From Eledone cirrhosa (taxonomy: Eukaryota), in contig OZ024764.1 of the NCBI GenBank assembly GCA_964016885.1, positions 17,050,001 through 17,114,000 on the forward strand: DNA of 64,000 nucleotides. Reading direction: 5' to 3'. Of the stretch, positions 41,899 through 54,704 are shown in pieces (positions within the stretch are counted from its first letter, which is position 1; every line of letters begins with the position of its first letter). The notes below the pieces were generated by a model. That model saw only the letters and a list, made by a program, of their open reading frames with translations, was not told the origin of the DNA and did no database searches. A program made the position numbers and the translations under genes.

Positions 41899-44800
41899 GT
41901 AAGTAAAATATTACTATTAACCCTTTAGCATTTACATTACTCTATATATACTATTGTATTTTCACAGTAAAGGCTTTACCTCACATAATATCTCACATAA
42001 CATTTACATTACTCTATATATACTATTGTATTTTCACAGTAAAGGCTTTACCTCACATAACATTTACATTACTCTATATATACTATTGTATTTTCACAGT
42101 AAAGGCTTTACCTCACATAATATCTCACATAACATTTACATTACTCTATATATACTATTGTATTTTCACAGTAAAGGCTTTACCTCACATAATATCTCAC
42201 ATAACATTTACATTACTCTATATATACTATTGTATTTTCACAGTAAAGGCTTTACCTCACATAATATCTCACATAACATTTACATTACTCTATATATACT
42301 ATTGTATTTTCACAGTAAAGGCTTTACCTCACATAATATCTCACATAACATTTACATTACTCTATATATACTATTGTATTTTCACAGTAAAGGCTTTACC
42401 TCACATAATATCTCACATAACATTTACATTACTCTATATATACTATTGTATTTTCACAGTAAAGGCTTTACCTCACATAACATTTACATTACTCTATATA
42501 TACTATTGTATTTTCACAGTAAAGGCTTTACCTCACATAACATTTACATTACTCTATATATACTATTGTATTTTCACAGTAAAGGCTTTACCTCACATAA
42601 TATCTCACATAACATTTACATTACTCTATATATACTATTGTATTTTCACAGTAAAGGCTTTACCTCACATAATATCTCACATAACATTTACATTACTCTA
42701 TATATACTATTGTATTTTCACAGTAAAGGCTTTACCTCACATAATATCTCACATAACATTTACATTACTCTATATATACTATTGTATTTTCACAGTAAAG
42801 GCTTTACCTCACATAACATTTACATTACTCTATATATACTATTGTATTTTCACAGTAAAGGCTTTACCTCACATAATATCTCACATAACATTTACATTAC
42901 TCTATATATACTATTGTATTTTCACAGTAAAGGCTTTACCTCATATAATATCTCACATAGCATTTACATTACTCTATATATACTATTGTATTTTCACAGT
43001 AAAGGCTTTACCTCACATAATATCTGAGAACAATACCTTAAAGTTGGTATGAGGGGCTGGTTACAGCCGGTTTGAACAGAAAAAGGTGATAGAATCCTGG
43101 CCAGATACGGCCGGTTTAAATGCTAAAGGGTTAATATATCATTATTATTATTTTTATTGCACATCATTACTGCATTACCGAGCACGGCTCTGAGTAACTT
43201 GGCCATGTGCAGTGTAGCTTTTGCTGGTGTTGTTTCTATTGTATTGATAGTACTTTTATATTTGGTGTGTTTTATCATCATCATCACTGTTTTACGTCCA
43301 TTCTTCCACGCTAGCATGGGTTAGATGAGTTCTCCTGTTGTGAGCAATGCTAGGATGGGTGACTATGTCTTGCTCATACAGAACTGAGTTTAGCTTGGTT
43401 TCTACGGCTGGATGCCCTTCCTAACACCAACGACCTTACAGTGTGGACTGGGTGCTTTCTGTCATGACACCTACATGACCACTTTACAGTGAGGACTGGG
43501 TCTTTTTTGTCATAACACCGACATGAGTACTTTACAGTGTGGACTGGGTGCTTTCTGTCATGACACCTACATGACCACTTTACAGAGTGGACTGGGTGCT
43601 TTCTGTCATGACACCTACATGACCACTTTACAGTGTGGACTGGGTGCTTTTTGTTGTGATACCTACATGACCACTTTACAGTGTGGACTGGGTGCTTTTT
43701 GTTGTGATACCTACATGACCACTTTACAGAGTGGACTGGGTGCTTTTTGTTGTGACACCTACAGGACCACTTTACAGAGTGGACTGGGTGCTTTTTGTTG
43801 TGACACCTACATGACCACTTTACAGTGTGGACTGGGTACTTTTTGTCGTAACACCTACATGACCACTATACAGTGTGGACTGGGTGCTTTTTGTCGTAAC
43901 ACCTACATGACCACTATACAGTGTGGACTGGGTGCTTTTTGTTGTGACGCCTACATGACCACTTTACAGTGTGGACTGGGTGCTTTTTGTCGTAACACCT
44001 ACATGACCACTTTACAGTGTGGACTGGGTACTTTTTGTTGTGACACCTACATGACCACTTTACAGTGTGGACTGGGTGCTTTTTGTCGTAACACCTACAT
44101 GACCACTTTACAGTGTGGACTGGGTGCTTTTTGTCGTAACACCTACATGACCACTTTACAGTGTGGACTGGGTGCTTTCTGTCATGACACCTACATGACC
44201 ACTTTACAGAGTGGACTGGGTGCTTTTTGTTGTGATACCTACATGACCACTTTACAGTGTGGACTGGGTGCTTTTTGTTGTGACACCTACATGACCACTA
44301 TACAGTGTGGACTGGGTGCTTTTTGTTGTGATACCTACATGACCACTATACAGTGTGGACTGGGTGCTTTTTGTTGTAACACCTACATGACCACTATACA
44401 GTGTGGACTGGGTGCTTTTTGTTGTGACGCCTACATGACCACTTTACAGTGTGGACTGGGTGCTTTCTGTCATGACACCTACATGACCACTTTACAGAGT
44501 GGACTGGGTGCTTTTTGTTGTGATACCTACACGACCACTTTACAGTGTGGACTGGGTGCTTTTTGTTGTGACACCTACATGACCACTTTACAGTATGGAC
44601 TGGGTACTTTTTGTTGTGATACCTACATGACCACTATACAGTGTGGACTGGGTGCTTTTTGTTGTAACACCTACATGACCACTATACAGTGTGGACTGGG
44701 TACTTTTTGTTGTGACACCTACATGACCACTTTACAGTGTGGACTGGGTGCTTTTTGTCGTAACACCTACATGACCACTTTACAGTGTGGACTGGGTGCT

Positions 44801-47800
44801 TTTTGTCGTAACACCTACATGACCACTTTACAGTGTGGACTGGGTGCTTTCTGTCATGACACCTACATGACCACTTTACAGAGTGGACTGGGTGCTTTTT
44901 GTTGTGATACCTACATGACCACTTTACAGTGTGGACTGGGTGCTTTTTGTTGTGACACCTACATGACCACTATACAGTGTGGACTGGGTGCTTTTTGTTG
45001 TGATACCTACATGACCACTATACAGTGTGGACTGGGTGCTTTTTGTTGTAACACCTACATGACCACTATACAGTGTGGACTGGGTGCTTTTTGTTGTGAC
45101 GCCTACATGACCACTATACAGTGTGGACTGGGTGCTTTTTGTTGTGACACCTACATGACCACTATACAGTGTGGACTGGGTGCTTTTTGTTGTGACGCCT
45201 ACATGACCACTATACAGTGTGGACTGGGTGCTTTTTGTTGTGACACCTACATGACCACTTTACAGTGAGGACTGGGTGCTTTTTGTCGTAACACCTACAT
45301 GACCACTATACAGTGTGGACTGGGTGCTTTTTGTTGTGACACCTACATGACCACTATACAGTGTGGACTGGGTGCTTTTTGTCATGACCCCTACATGACC
45401 ACTTTACAGTGAGGACTGGGTGTTTTTTGTTGTGACACCTACATGACCACTTTACAGTGTGGACTGGGTGCTTTTTGTCATGACCCCTACATGACCACTT
45501 TACAGTGAGGACTGGGTGCTTTTTGTCATGACCCCTTTACAGTGTCACCTGACCAATCTTGCCTCAAATGGGATAACTCCCGTCTAACCCATGCTAGCAT
45601 GGAAGATAGACATTAAACAATGATGATGATGATACATATTATTTATATATTTATATTCCAGACGTTAAATTCTGGCCGGTTTTGGCCGGTTTGAACATTA
45701 AAGGGTTAATACAATTATAATATTATTCTTATATATTTATATTCCAGATGCTGAATGGCTAAAAGTTTATAAGATAAGTATGGGGGCTGGTTCCCAGGTC
45801 TATAATTCCTTTGTCAATAATGGAAACCATACAACATGGAAGGTGGACAAATGTAATGGACGGTTTTGTCCTAAATTCTTCAGACATCCGATCCTTGACA
45901 TCTGGGAACTTCTGGATATCGATATCGTATGTATACATATATATATAAATACACACATAGATAATATGCCCCCACACCCTCCCACTGTAAAGTGGACGTG
46001 GAGGTGCCACGGCAAAAAAGCACCCAGCATTCACTGTAAATGAGGTTGGTGTTAGGAAGGGCATCCAGCTGTAGAAATCAAGCCAGATCAGTTCCTGTAT
46101 GAGCAAGGCAAGGTCAGCCGACCGGACACTGCCCACAGCAGGACAACCCGTCTAACCCATGCTAGCGTGGAAGAACGGACGTAAAACGGTGATGATGATG
46201 ATGGTACACATACATACAGACAGAAATATATACTCTCTCTCATGCAATAAACATACTTCCTTTAACCCATGACACACACTCGTTAATACCTATACACTAA
46301 CATATCACATTTTCATTTTACATCCGCTTTTCCCTGCTTGCAAAGCTGGGACGGGAACTGATTCTGGCTTGATTTCTACAGCTGGATGCCCTTCCTAACA
46401 CCAACCTCATTTACAGTGAGTACTGGGTTCTTTTTTGCCGTGGCACCTCCACGACCACTTTGCAGTGGAATGATAGGGACCCTAGTCCCTATCATCTCAT
46501 TTCTACAGCTGAGTAAACTGGAGCAATGTGAAATAAAGTGTCTTGCTTAAGGAAACAACACATCACATGTTAGATCATTTTTAAACTTCAAAATTCACTC
46601 ACACTTATAATTCCACACATTGATATACGCTACACTGCCGATACTTTCTACCAGTCATGGGCAACCTGAGGCCAGCAAAGCTTTCTGAATGGCCCGCCTA
46701 AGTCACCTACGTGAAATCTTTCTGATTCTGATTTTTTTAACCAACTTTTCAGTCATAATTTATCTTTCTATCACTTTTACGATCGAGGTGACACCTACAT
46801 AACCACTTTACAGTGTGTGGACTGGGTACTTTTTGTCATGACACCTACATGACCACTTTACAGTGTGGACTGGGTACTTTTTGTCATGACACCTACATGA
46901 CCACTTTACAGTGTGGACTGGGTACTTTTTGTCATGACACCTACATGACCACTTTACAGTGTGGACTGGGTACTTTTTGTCATGACACCTACATGACCAC
47001 TTTACAGTGTGGACTGGGTGTTTTTTGTCATGACACCTACATGACCACTTTACAGTGTGGACTGGGTACTTTTTGTCATGACACCTACATGACCACTTTA
47101 CAGAGAGGACTGGGTACTTTTTGTCATGACACCTACATGACCACTTTACAGAGAGGACTGGGTACTTTTTGTCATGACACCTACATGACCACTTTACAGT
47201 GTGGACTGGGTACTTTTTGTCATGACACCTACATGACCACTTTACAGTGTGGACTGGGTACTTTTTGTCATGACACCTACATGACCACTTTACAGAGAGG
47301 ACTGGGTGTTTTTTGTCATGACACCTACATGACCACTTTACAGTGTGGACTGGGTGTTTTTTGTCATGACACCTACATGACCACTTTACAGAGAGGACTG
47401 GGTGTTTTTTGTCATGACACCTACATGACCACTTTACAGTGTGGACTGGGTGTTTTTTGTCATGACACCTACATGACCACTTTACAGAGAGGACTGGGTG
47501 TTTTTTGTCATGACACCTACATGACCACTTTACAGTGTGGACTGGGTACTTTTTGTCATGACACCTACATGACCACTTTACAGAGAGGACTGGGTACTTT
47601 TTGTCATGACACCTACATGACCACTTTACAGAGAGGACTGGGTACTTTTTGTCATGACACCTACATGACCACTTTACAGTGTGGACTGGGTACTTTTTGT
47701 CATGACACCTACATGACCACTTTACAGTGTGGACTGGGTACTTTTTGTCATGACACCTACATGACCACTTTACAGAGAGGACTGGGTGTTTTTTGTCATG

Positions 47801-50485
47801 ACACCTACATGACCACTTTACAGTGTGGACTGGGTGTTTTTTGTCATGACACCTACATGACCACTTTACAGAGAGGACTGGGTGTTTTTTGTCATGACAC
47901 CTACATGACCACTTTACAGTGTGGACTGGGTGTTTTTTGTCATGACACCTACATGACCACTTTACAGAGAGGACTGGGTGTTTTTTGTCATGACACCTAC
48001 ATGACCACTTTACAGTGTGAGGCATACTGTCTATATGCTTCAGCTTTGGCTTGTACCTGTGGGAAGTCGGGTCTTATATATGCAATATATATATTGTTAT
48101 TTTGTTAGGTGACATTAATTGTTTACAATGGAACTAAAACTGTGGCAACTTTCAATTTTGATGGACGAAACACAAGTATTAAAAATTGGTTTTCTAAAGG
48201 AACACTGAAAACTTCTAAATGGCGTGATGTACCAAGTAGTACAGAAGTCTCGATGGCTGGATATAGGTATGTGACTATTATCATCACACCACCACCACCA
48301 CCACCATCACCACACCACCACCACCATCATCACCACCACCACCATCATCATCACCACCACCGCCACCATCATCACCACCGCCACCACCATCATCACCACC
48401 GCCACCACCATCATCACCACCGATTAACATCTATCTTCCACGCTAGCATGGGTCAGACGGGTTTGTCCCATGAGAGGTAAGGTGGGTGAGGTAACTGTGT
48501 CTCACTCATAGGAGTGTTTCTGGCTGGATGCCCTTCTTCACACCAACCACATTGACGGGGTGTGCTGGCTGCTTTTTGCCGTGTCTTTTACACGTCCAGT
48601 TTACAGTGTGTACAGGGTGTAAGTAAACATGACCAAAACTATATCATCATCATCATCATTTTATGTCCACTCTTCTCTGCTTGCAAGGGTGGGACGGGTC
48701 CTATTCAGCACAGCATCTCTCCACTTGTCACAGTCCTTCATCATCTCCTCTGTGAGCTTCAGCGATCTGAGGTCTGCTCTCACCACCTCCGCCCATCTTT
48801 TTCATGGTCATCCTTCTACGTCTTCCTTCCACAGGGATTTTTTGACACTTCTTTACCCAGCAGTCGTCCTCCATGCACATCACATGTCCATACCATCTCA
48901 GTCTTCTCTCCCCCACACTACAACTTATCCCTCTTATACACAGTTTCACTCTCAACTCGTCTATGTTTGGTCGTTCACACATATTGACATTGCACATCCA
49001 ACGGAGCATGCTTGCTTCATTTCTATCCAGAAAATATGTATATCTATCTATATACATATTTTCTAAACTAGATTCTTTCACAAAACCAAAACTTGACTGA
49101 CTTGGTAAACACCCACAAAATTACTAACCATCTTGCCAACAACAACCCTGAACACCCTTTTGAATTCCATGTGTCTAACACCCGTGGGCATGCCTAAAAA
49201 GTCAGAAAAAATTTTTTTTGCACTCAAAGTTGCTGAAGCATGGAACAAACTCCCTGCATCAGTTGTTAGCTGTCAAGACACTGCATCCTTTAAAACCTCC
49301 ATGGAACAAACTCCCTGCATCAGTTGTTAGCTGTCGAGACACTACATCCTTTAAAACCTCCATGGAACAAACTACCTGCATCAGTTGTTAGCCGTCAAGA
49401 CACTGCATCCTTTAAAACCTCCATGGAACAAACTCCCTGCATCAGTTGTTAGCTGTCGAGACACTACATCCTTTAAAACCTCCATGGAACAAACTACCTG
49501 CATCAGTTGTTAGCTGTCGAGACACTGCATCCTTTAAAACCTCCATGGAACAAACTCTCTGCATCAGTTGTTAGCTGTCGAGACACTGCATCCTTTAAAA
49601 CCTCCATGGAACAAACTCCCTGCATCAGTTGTTAGCTGTCGAGACACTACATCCTTTAAAACTTCCATGGAACAAACTACCTGCATCAGTTGTTAGCTGC
49701 TGAGATACTGCATCCTTTAAAACCTCCATGCTTCCTGAGATTCGCCAACACTACACCTGATATCCCCCCTCCATACACACGCACACATGTATATCATGAC
49801 TCATACACTGTTGACTTTCCTGACATTTGTACATCATTCTATGTATTATACATGCACCTTTGATGAGTTGTAGTGCACCTGAGCACTGTACATAATAATT
49901 TCCTTATTATATCTTTTGTTACAGTCCACTTTATTTCTACATCAATTCCTATAGCAGGTGTAACGCAGACAAATATTGGCTGATCATTGCAGAATCTGAC
50001 ACAAGTTGTAGCTACACCAATTTCCAACACTACCCTACAATTTTTTATAAAACTAGGACATCACTAATTTCTTGGTCTGAAGGTAGTTCATTTTTTTTTA
50101 TTTTACTCTGCTTGTGTATCATCATCACCATTGTTAATCAACTTTCCCCTCCCCTCAAATTACTGGCCCTTTGCCTATACTAGAAATCATTACTATTAAT
50201 ACTAGTTCGGCCCTTGAGGCCAATAAATGAAACTATTATTATTAGTAGTAGTAGTAGTAGTAGGGCACTGGATTGGCAGTATCGGTAGAGGGTCGGACAA
50301 CATGCTTTGCTGCATAGAGTTACGGCCCTTTACGATCTGAGTTCAAATTCCGCCGAGGTTAACTTTGCCTTTCATCCTTACGGGGTCGATAAAAACAAAG
50401 TACCAGTCACGCCATGGGGTGTTTTTCATCGACTTTTCCCTTCCCCCAAAATTGCTGGCCTTGTGCCTATATAAGAAACCAATAT

Positions 50486-50516
<31 letters not shown>

Positions 50517-50965
50517 GGTGGTAGTAGTAGTAGTGGTGGTAGTAGTAGTGGATGTGGTAGTAGTAGAGGTGGTGGTAGTAGTGGTGGTGGTGGTAGTAGT
50601 AGTAGTAGTGGTGGTAGTAGTAGTAGTGGTGGTAGTAGTAGTAGTGGTGGTAGTAGTAGTAGAGGTGGTGGTGGTAGTAGAGGTGGTGGTGGTAGTAGTA
50701 GTGGTAGTAGTAGTAGAGGTGGTGGTGGTAGTAGTAGAGGTGGTGGTAGTAGTGGTGGTGGTAGTAGTGGTGGTAGTAGTAGTGGTGGTGGTAGTAGTGG
50801 TAGTAGTGGTAGTAGTAGTAGCATTTGAGTGTAAGTCAACTCTTAGCACCTGACCTCCCACTAAAGCTGTTGTTACTGTTGTTGTTGTTATTTCCAGGTC
50901 CTGGTAGGACAGCCGACTCCTTCGCTATATTTCTCCGTTTCAAAACAACTTTGGCCAATCAATAA
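41574..50965 (+). CDS. Uncharacterised secreted protein, copy B (paralogue of A), 5 coding exons, 295 aa
   Basis: Exons 41574-41898, 45748-45926, 48109-48266, 49925-50082 and 50898-50965 join in frame (888 nt, ending TAA). AATAAA at 50978. Internal exons are 179/158/158 nt, as in copy A. Confidence 0.88.
41921..43130 (+). mobile_element. piggyBac-type (TTAA) MITE with about 16 tandem 60/72-bp internal units (copy B intron 1)
   Basis: Perfect 14-bp TIRs CCCTTTAGCATTTA / TAAATGCTAAAGGG, with TTAA at 41917-41920 and 43131-43134. Confidence 0.85.
43437..45545. repeat. 48-bp minisatellite (about 44 copies) inside a SINE
   Basis: Reverse complement of the 32803 unit; continuous with the SINE body at 43275-43440. 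Confidence 0.95.
45748..45926 (+). CDS. Copy B exon 2
   Basis: [21 protein letters not shown]...[17 protein letters not shown]; ttccag/gtatgt. Confidence 0.88.
46790..48020. repeat. 48-bp minisatellite (about 25 copies)
   Basis: Unit gtcatgacacctacatgaccactttacagtgtggactgggtacttttt. Confidence 0.95.
48109..48266 (+). CDS. Copy B exon 3
   Basis: [52 protein letters not shown]; tgttag/gtatgt. Confidence 0.88.
48645..49030 (-). mobile_element. RTE LINE 3' fragment
   Basis: [13 protein letters not shown]...[15 protein letters not shown]; unamplified homologue of 7515-8665. Confidence 0.85.
49200..49900 (+). mobile_element. CR1-like LINE 3' end with a 61-bp tandem array (about 8 copies)
   Basis: [27 protein letters not shown] (CR1-type WNxLPxxVV motif); segment repeated with period 61. 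Confidence 0.75.
49925..50082 (+). CDS. Copy B exon 4
   Basis: [52 protein letters not shown]; same size and phase as A exon 4. Confidence 0.86.
50898..50965 (+). CDS. Copy B exon 5 (terminal)
   Basis: [22 protein letters not shown]. Confidence 0.83.
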
Positions 50966-51067
50966 GTATTACCAATCAATAAACCACAATAACTATTCAA
51001 TACAATATTGATCTCTTATGATTCCCTCTCTCTGTCTCTTTATCTATCTACTTATCCGTCTGTTTGT

Positions 51068-51116
<49 letters not shown>

Positions 51117-51148
51117 AATACAATATATTAATAAATGGAAACCATATT

Positions 51149-51477
51149 TATTTTATTATACATCTTTCAAGGGCCACCAAGGCAGTCTTGGTGCACTTTC
51201 ATCAGATAAAATACAGATCTGTTTTATAAATAAATATTGACATACCCGGAAAAAAAGACAAACTTAACGGTTGAAGCTTCCTGATAAGTTATTCCGGGTT
51301 GAATTGGAGGTAACCACAGTAAGGTACTCAATACTATCCGGGAGCTTCCAACAGAAATGGTCGCATTCTTTAAGGGTATGTCAATATTTATTTATAAAAC
51401 TGCTCTATATTATATTTTATCTGATGAAAGCACACCATAATTTAACTTGGTGTCCTTGAAGTATGTATAATGAAATA
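51149..51477. ncRNA. Inverted pair of degenerate hammerhead motifs (51149-51213 minus; 51413-51477 plus)
   Basis: Same family as 9380-9444. The minus copy has a G.A mismatch in stem III; the plus copy has GAAG in place of GAAA. Confidence 0.5.
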
Positions 51478-52619
51478 AATATGGTTTTATAAATATAGTT
51501 TCCATTTGTTAATATATATCGTATTGTTACTCCAATAATTTGTTGAGTGCTTTATATCAGTTATAAAAATATTTGCTTGTTGTTTCCCAACAATTTAAAT
51601 AGAACTTCTACATATATATATATGTAAATGTATGTATATGTGTGTGTGGATCTATCTACCTGTATCTCTTTAGCACTATCTCTCTATCTGTCACCCCATC
51701 TCTCTATCTACCTGTAAACAACAGTAAATAAATATTCACCTACTTGTGTTCTTTGTTTTTTTTTATTGTTTTTTAACTCTTTAGTATTTACATTTCTCTA
51801 TATTTACTATTGGTGAAGACATGTGGCTGAGTGGTTAGAGAATTGGATTTGCAATCGTGAAATTGAGTTCGATTCGCGGACCAGGCAATGCATTATGTCC
51901 TTGAACAAGGCACTTTATTTCACGTTGCTCCTTCTACCTGGAGTTGCGACTGATAGATAGTATTAGCAATTGGAAAGACCAATGGAAACATTGTTTCCTC
52001 GGTCCAATTTGACGAAAGTCTATTGACTGTCGATATATACTATTGTATTTTCGTAGTAAAGGCTTTATTTCACATAATATCAAATCTAAGAAATTTTGAT
52101 GTTATTTATTTTGAGAACAATATCTTAACATCAGTATGAGTGGCAGTTACAGCCGGTTTGAACAGAAAGAAGTGAGAGAATTCTGGCCAGATACAGCCAG
52201 ACAAATGATTTCCCAAATATTTATGTCACTGTTATAAACAAAAGTATACCTACATATTTCACTATGACGCCGTTTTCCTCCGGTGTCAAGGATTCTGCTT
52301 CATACAAGGTTGTCGGCTGGTGTGGCCATTTCGAGCGCTGGATCAGTAAAGAGATGAATTTCGATCCAGGAGGCAATAGAGACCCAAGATGACCAAAAAG
52401 GACTTGGCTGGGGGGATGTCCATTGAGATCAAGCTAGGCTTGGCCTGGCACAACGTGAGACCGGCGGAGATAAATAAACACACGGAACGGGAGCGCTGTC
52501 AGACAGGACCAAACCCTTCTTAGGGATTAATTGTGTCCTGGATAATCAAAAACTGGACGATGATGATATATATAGCTGTGGCCAACAAGTTTTTTCCCTT
52601 TCAGCCTGTTTGTTTGTGT

Positions 52620-53003
52620 TTATTTAAATAACTATTATAGACAAAAGATGTCCACATATTTCACACTGGAAGGGTTTCTCTCCAGTATGAGGACGAGCGT
52701 GGACACCTAGGTGTGAAAGATTTCCCATATATTTCACAATGGAAGGGTTTTTCTGTAGTATTTGTTTTTTTCAGTCTTGTAAAACAACTGTTGGGGACAA
52801 AAGATTCCCCACTTATTTCAAAGTGAAGAGAAAGTTTTCCTACAAACCTCACAGCTATATTCAGGAATATTTCTTTGTAATGATCCTTGTTCAGTACATG
52901 TTTCACTCTGTAAAGGGTTCTCACCACTGTATGTCTGTGTAACTGTATCTATATTGGTAGAAACAGGTGTGTTAGAAATGTCCCAGTGTTTAACGTCCTC
53001 CAT
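52620..53003 (-). pseudogene. Degenerate C2H2 zinc-finger gene fragment
   Basis: Linker and finger remnants in shifting frames: YSGENP, YSCEVCRKTFS, TEKPFHCEIYGKSF, HTGEKPFQCEICG; frameshifts and lost Cys/His. Confidence 0.7.
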
Positions 53004-54704
53004 AGTAATTATTTAAAAGTCAAGAAATATCTGTGATTATAATATATTACAGTTTAGTTTCTTGTCCTGGACATCATGAGGCCACCTTATCTTATCCACA
53101 AACCATTACCGTTCACATTGATATTAAATAATTACTACACAAGATATAATTAGATTAAGTAAAACTATAATTGCGATAGCAAATACTCGGTGTCGTGTAC
53201 AATATTTCCCCTCTAAATAACACCGGTTACATACGTAAAAAGTCTCCTGGCATAATTTAGTACATTTAGAAATGGTTTATCGTATCCAACCGATTATAAA
53301 TAAAAGGTTATCTCTCATTAAAGCAACAATTACCTATCGACGAGGAAGCCACTACATGGTGGCCCAGTTTGCTAGAAATAACAGCTAAATCTTTCTCAAA
53401 TCACCGATTAATTATAATTCTTTTGTTGAGAGTGTATGGCAGTATATTTAGGATGAATGTGGTGTTTGTTAAATAAGAAACATGAATGTCGTAAGAATAA
53501 AATCCAGCAAAACATTGAAAATATAAAAAAATATCCTCTTACATACACAATTCTACCCCATAAATGTAATTACATGGCCATCGGCACTAAAACCAAAATA
53601 CTAGAAGGTTCTAACTAATTCAGGTGTCAAAAGATGTTTGAATCACCAGGTCCATCCGGGGAAACCATTTCTCCATTCTGTCCGCCGGGGCTGTGGGGAG
53701 GTCAGCACGTTGGACCCTATTTGCTCACCATACAGAGAGATGGGGAGGGTGAGAGAGATGGAGGCGATGACAGTGGGAATTCGGTTTTTCCACGTTCGGA
53801 CCATATCCTTGTGGTTGTGTTTAGAAGTAAGTCTATGCTAAGAACGTGTGATAATACTGCAATAACTAAATTGGACGAAAAAAAAAGTTTCTTATCATTG
53901 AAAGCAATGCCCGATTTACCATAGTGTTTAGGTGTAGATTGAAAGATAATCTCAGAAAAAATATTTTTTTAGATGCGTCAAGATTCAATGGCGGACATTA
54001 TCAGAAGGATGTTAAAACATGATATATAGGATTCTTTTCTTCCGTAAATCAATACAAGCACCGAAAGAGTGAAAAGCTGCAAGCATACCGCATAATTAAG
54101 TTGAACGAAAACAACGTGTGTGGAATATATTTAAGTAGGAAGAAATGTTACTGGGCCTTTGCCTAGAGCAGTGATTCTCAACCAGTGTGCCGCGAAATTT
54201 TGAACAGCACACAAAGAACAAAAATATTATATATGAAACAGTTAATATTATTTTTCTTAACTTTGCCTTTCATCCTTACGGGGTCGATAAAATAAAGTAC
54301 CAGTAATACACTGGGAAATTGCTGGCCTTGTGCCAAAAGTAGAAACAATTATTTTTCATAGGCAGTAGCGGTAGAGGGTCGGACGCCATGCTTTCCACCA
54401 TAGTTACGTCCCTTTACGATCTGAGTTCAAATCCCGCCGAGGTTGACTTTGCCTTTCATCCTTACGGGGTCGATAAAATAAAGTACCAGTAAAGTACCAG
54501 TAATGCACTGGATAATTGCTGGCCTTGTGCCTAAAGTAGAAACAATTATTTTTCATATATATTAAGCCAGGTTTGCCGCTATTTTTTCATGTGTTCCAAA
54601 GTGTGCCGTTGGCAAAAAAAAGGTTGAGAACATCTGGCCTAGAAGGTAAAAGTTTTTTCGGTACGTACTACGTCTCGCTAGACATCCACCGGGAACGTAT
54701 AGAT

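Noticed and set aside
41954-43027. 357-aa repeat ORF ([12 protein letters not shown]..) and 31108-31572
   Set aside because: Translation of the 60/72-bp MITE-internal repeat within intron 1.
43523-45268. 581-aa Cys-rich repeat ORF ([16 protein letters not shown])n and similar ORFs at 32732-34049 and 46808-48108
   Set aside because: In-frame read-through of a 48-bp SINE-derived minisatellite, open on both strands and lying inside introns of real genes.
48267-48480. Poly-Pro/His extension of the ORF at 48109, and poly-Thr/Val ORFs at 50343-50861 and 35456-35888
   Set aside because: They lie past the exon donor sites in intronic (CAC/CAT) and (GTA/GTG) trinucleotide repeats; paralogue exon sizes fix the true boundaries.
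53634-53924. 96-aa non-repetitive ORF
   Set aside because: No recognisable motif, splice context or homologue in the window; probably a repeat fragment.
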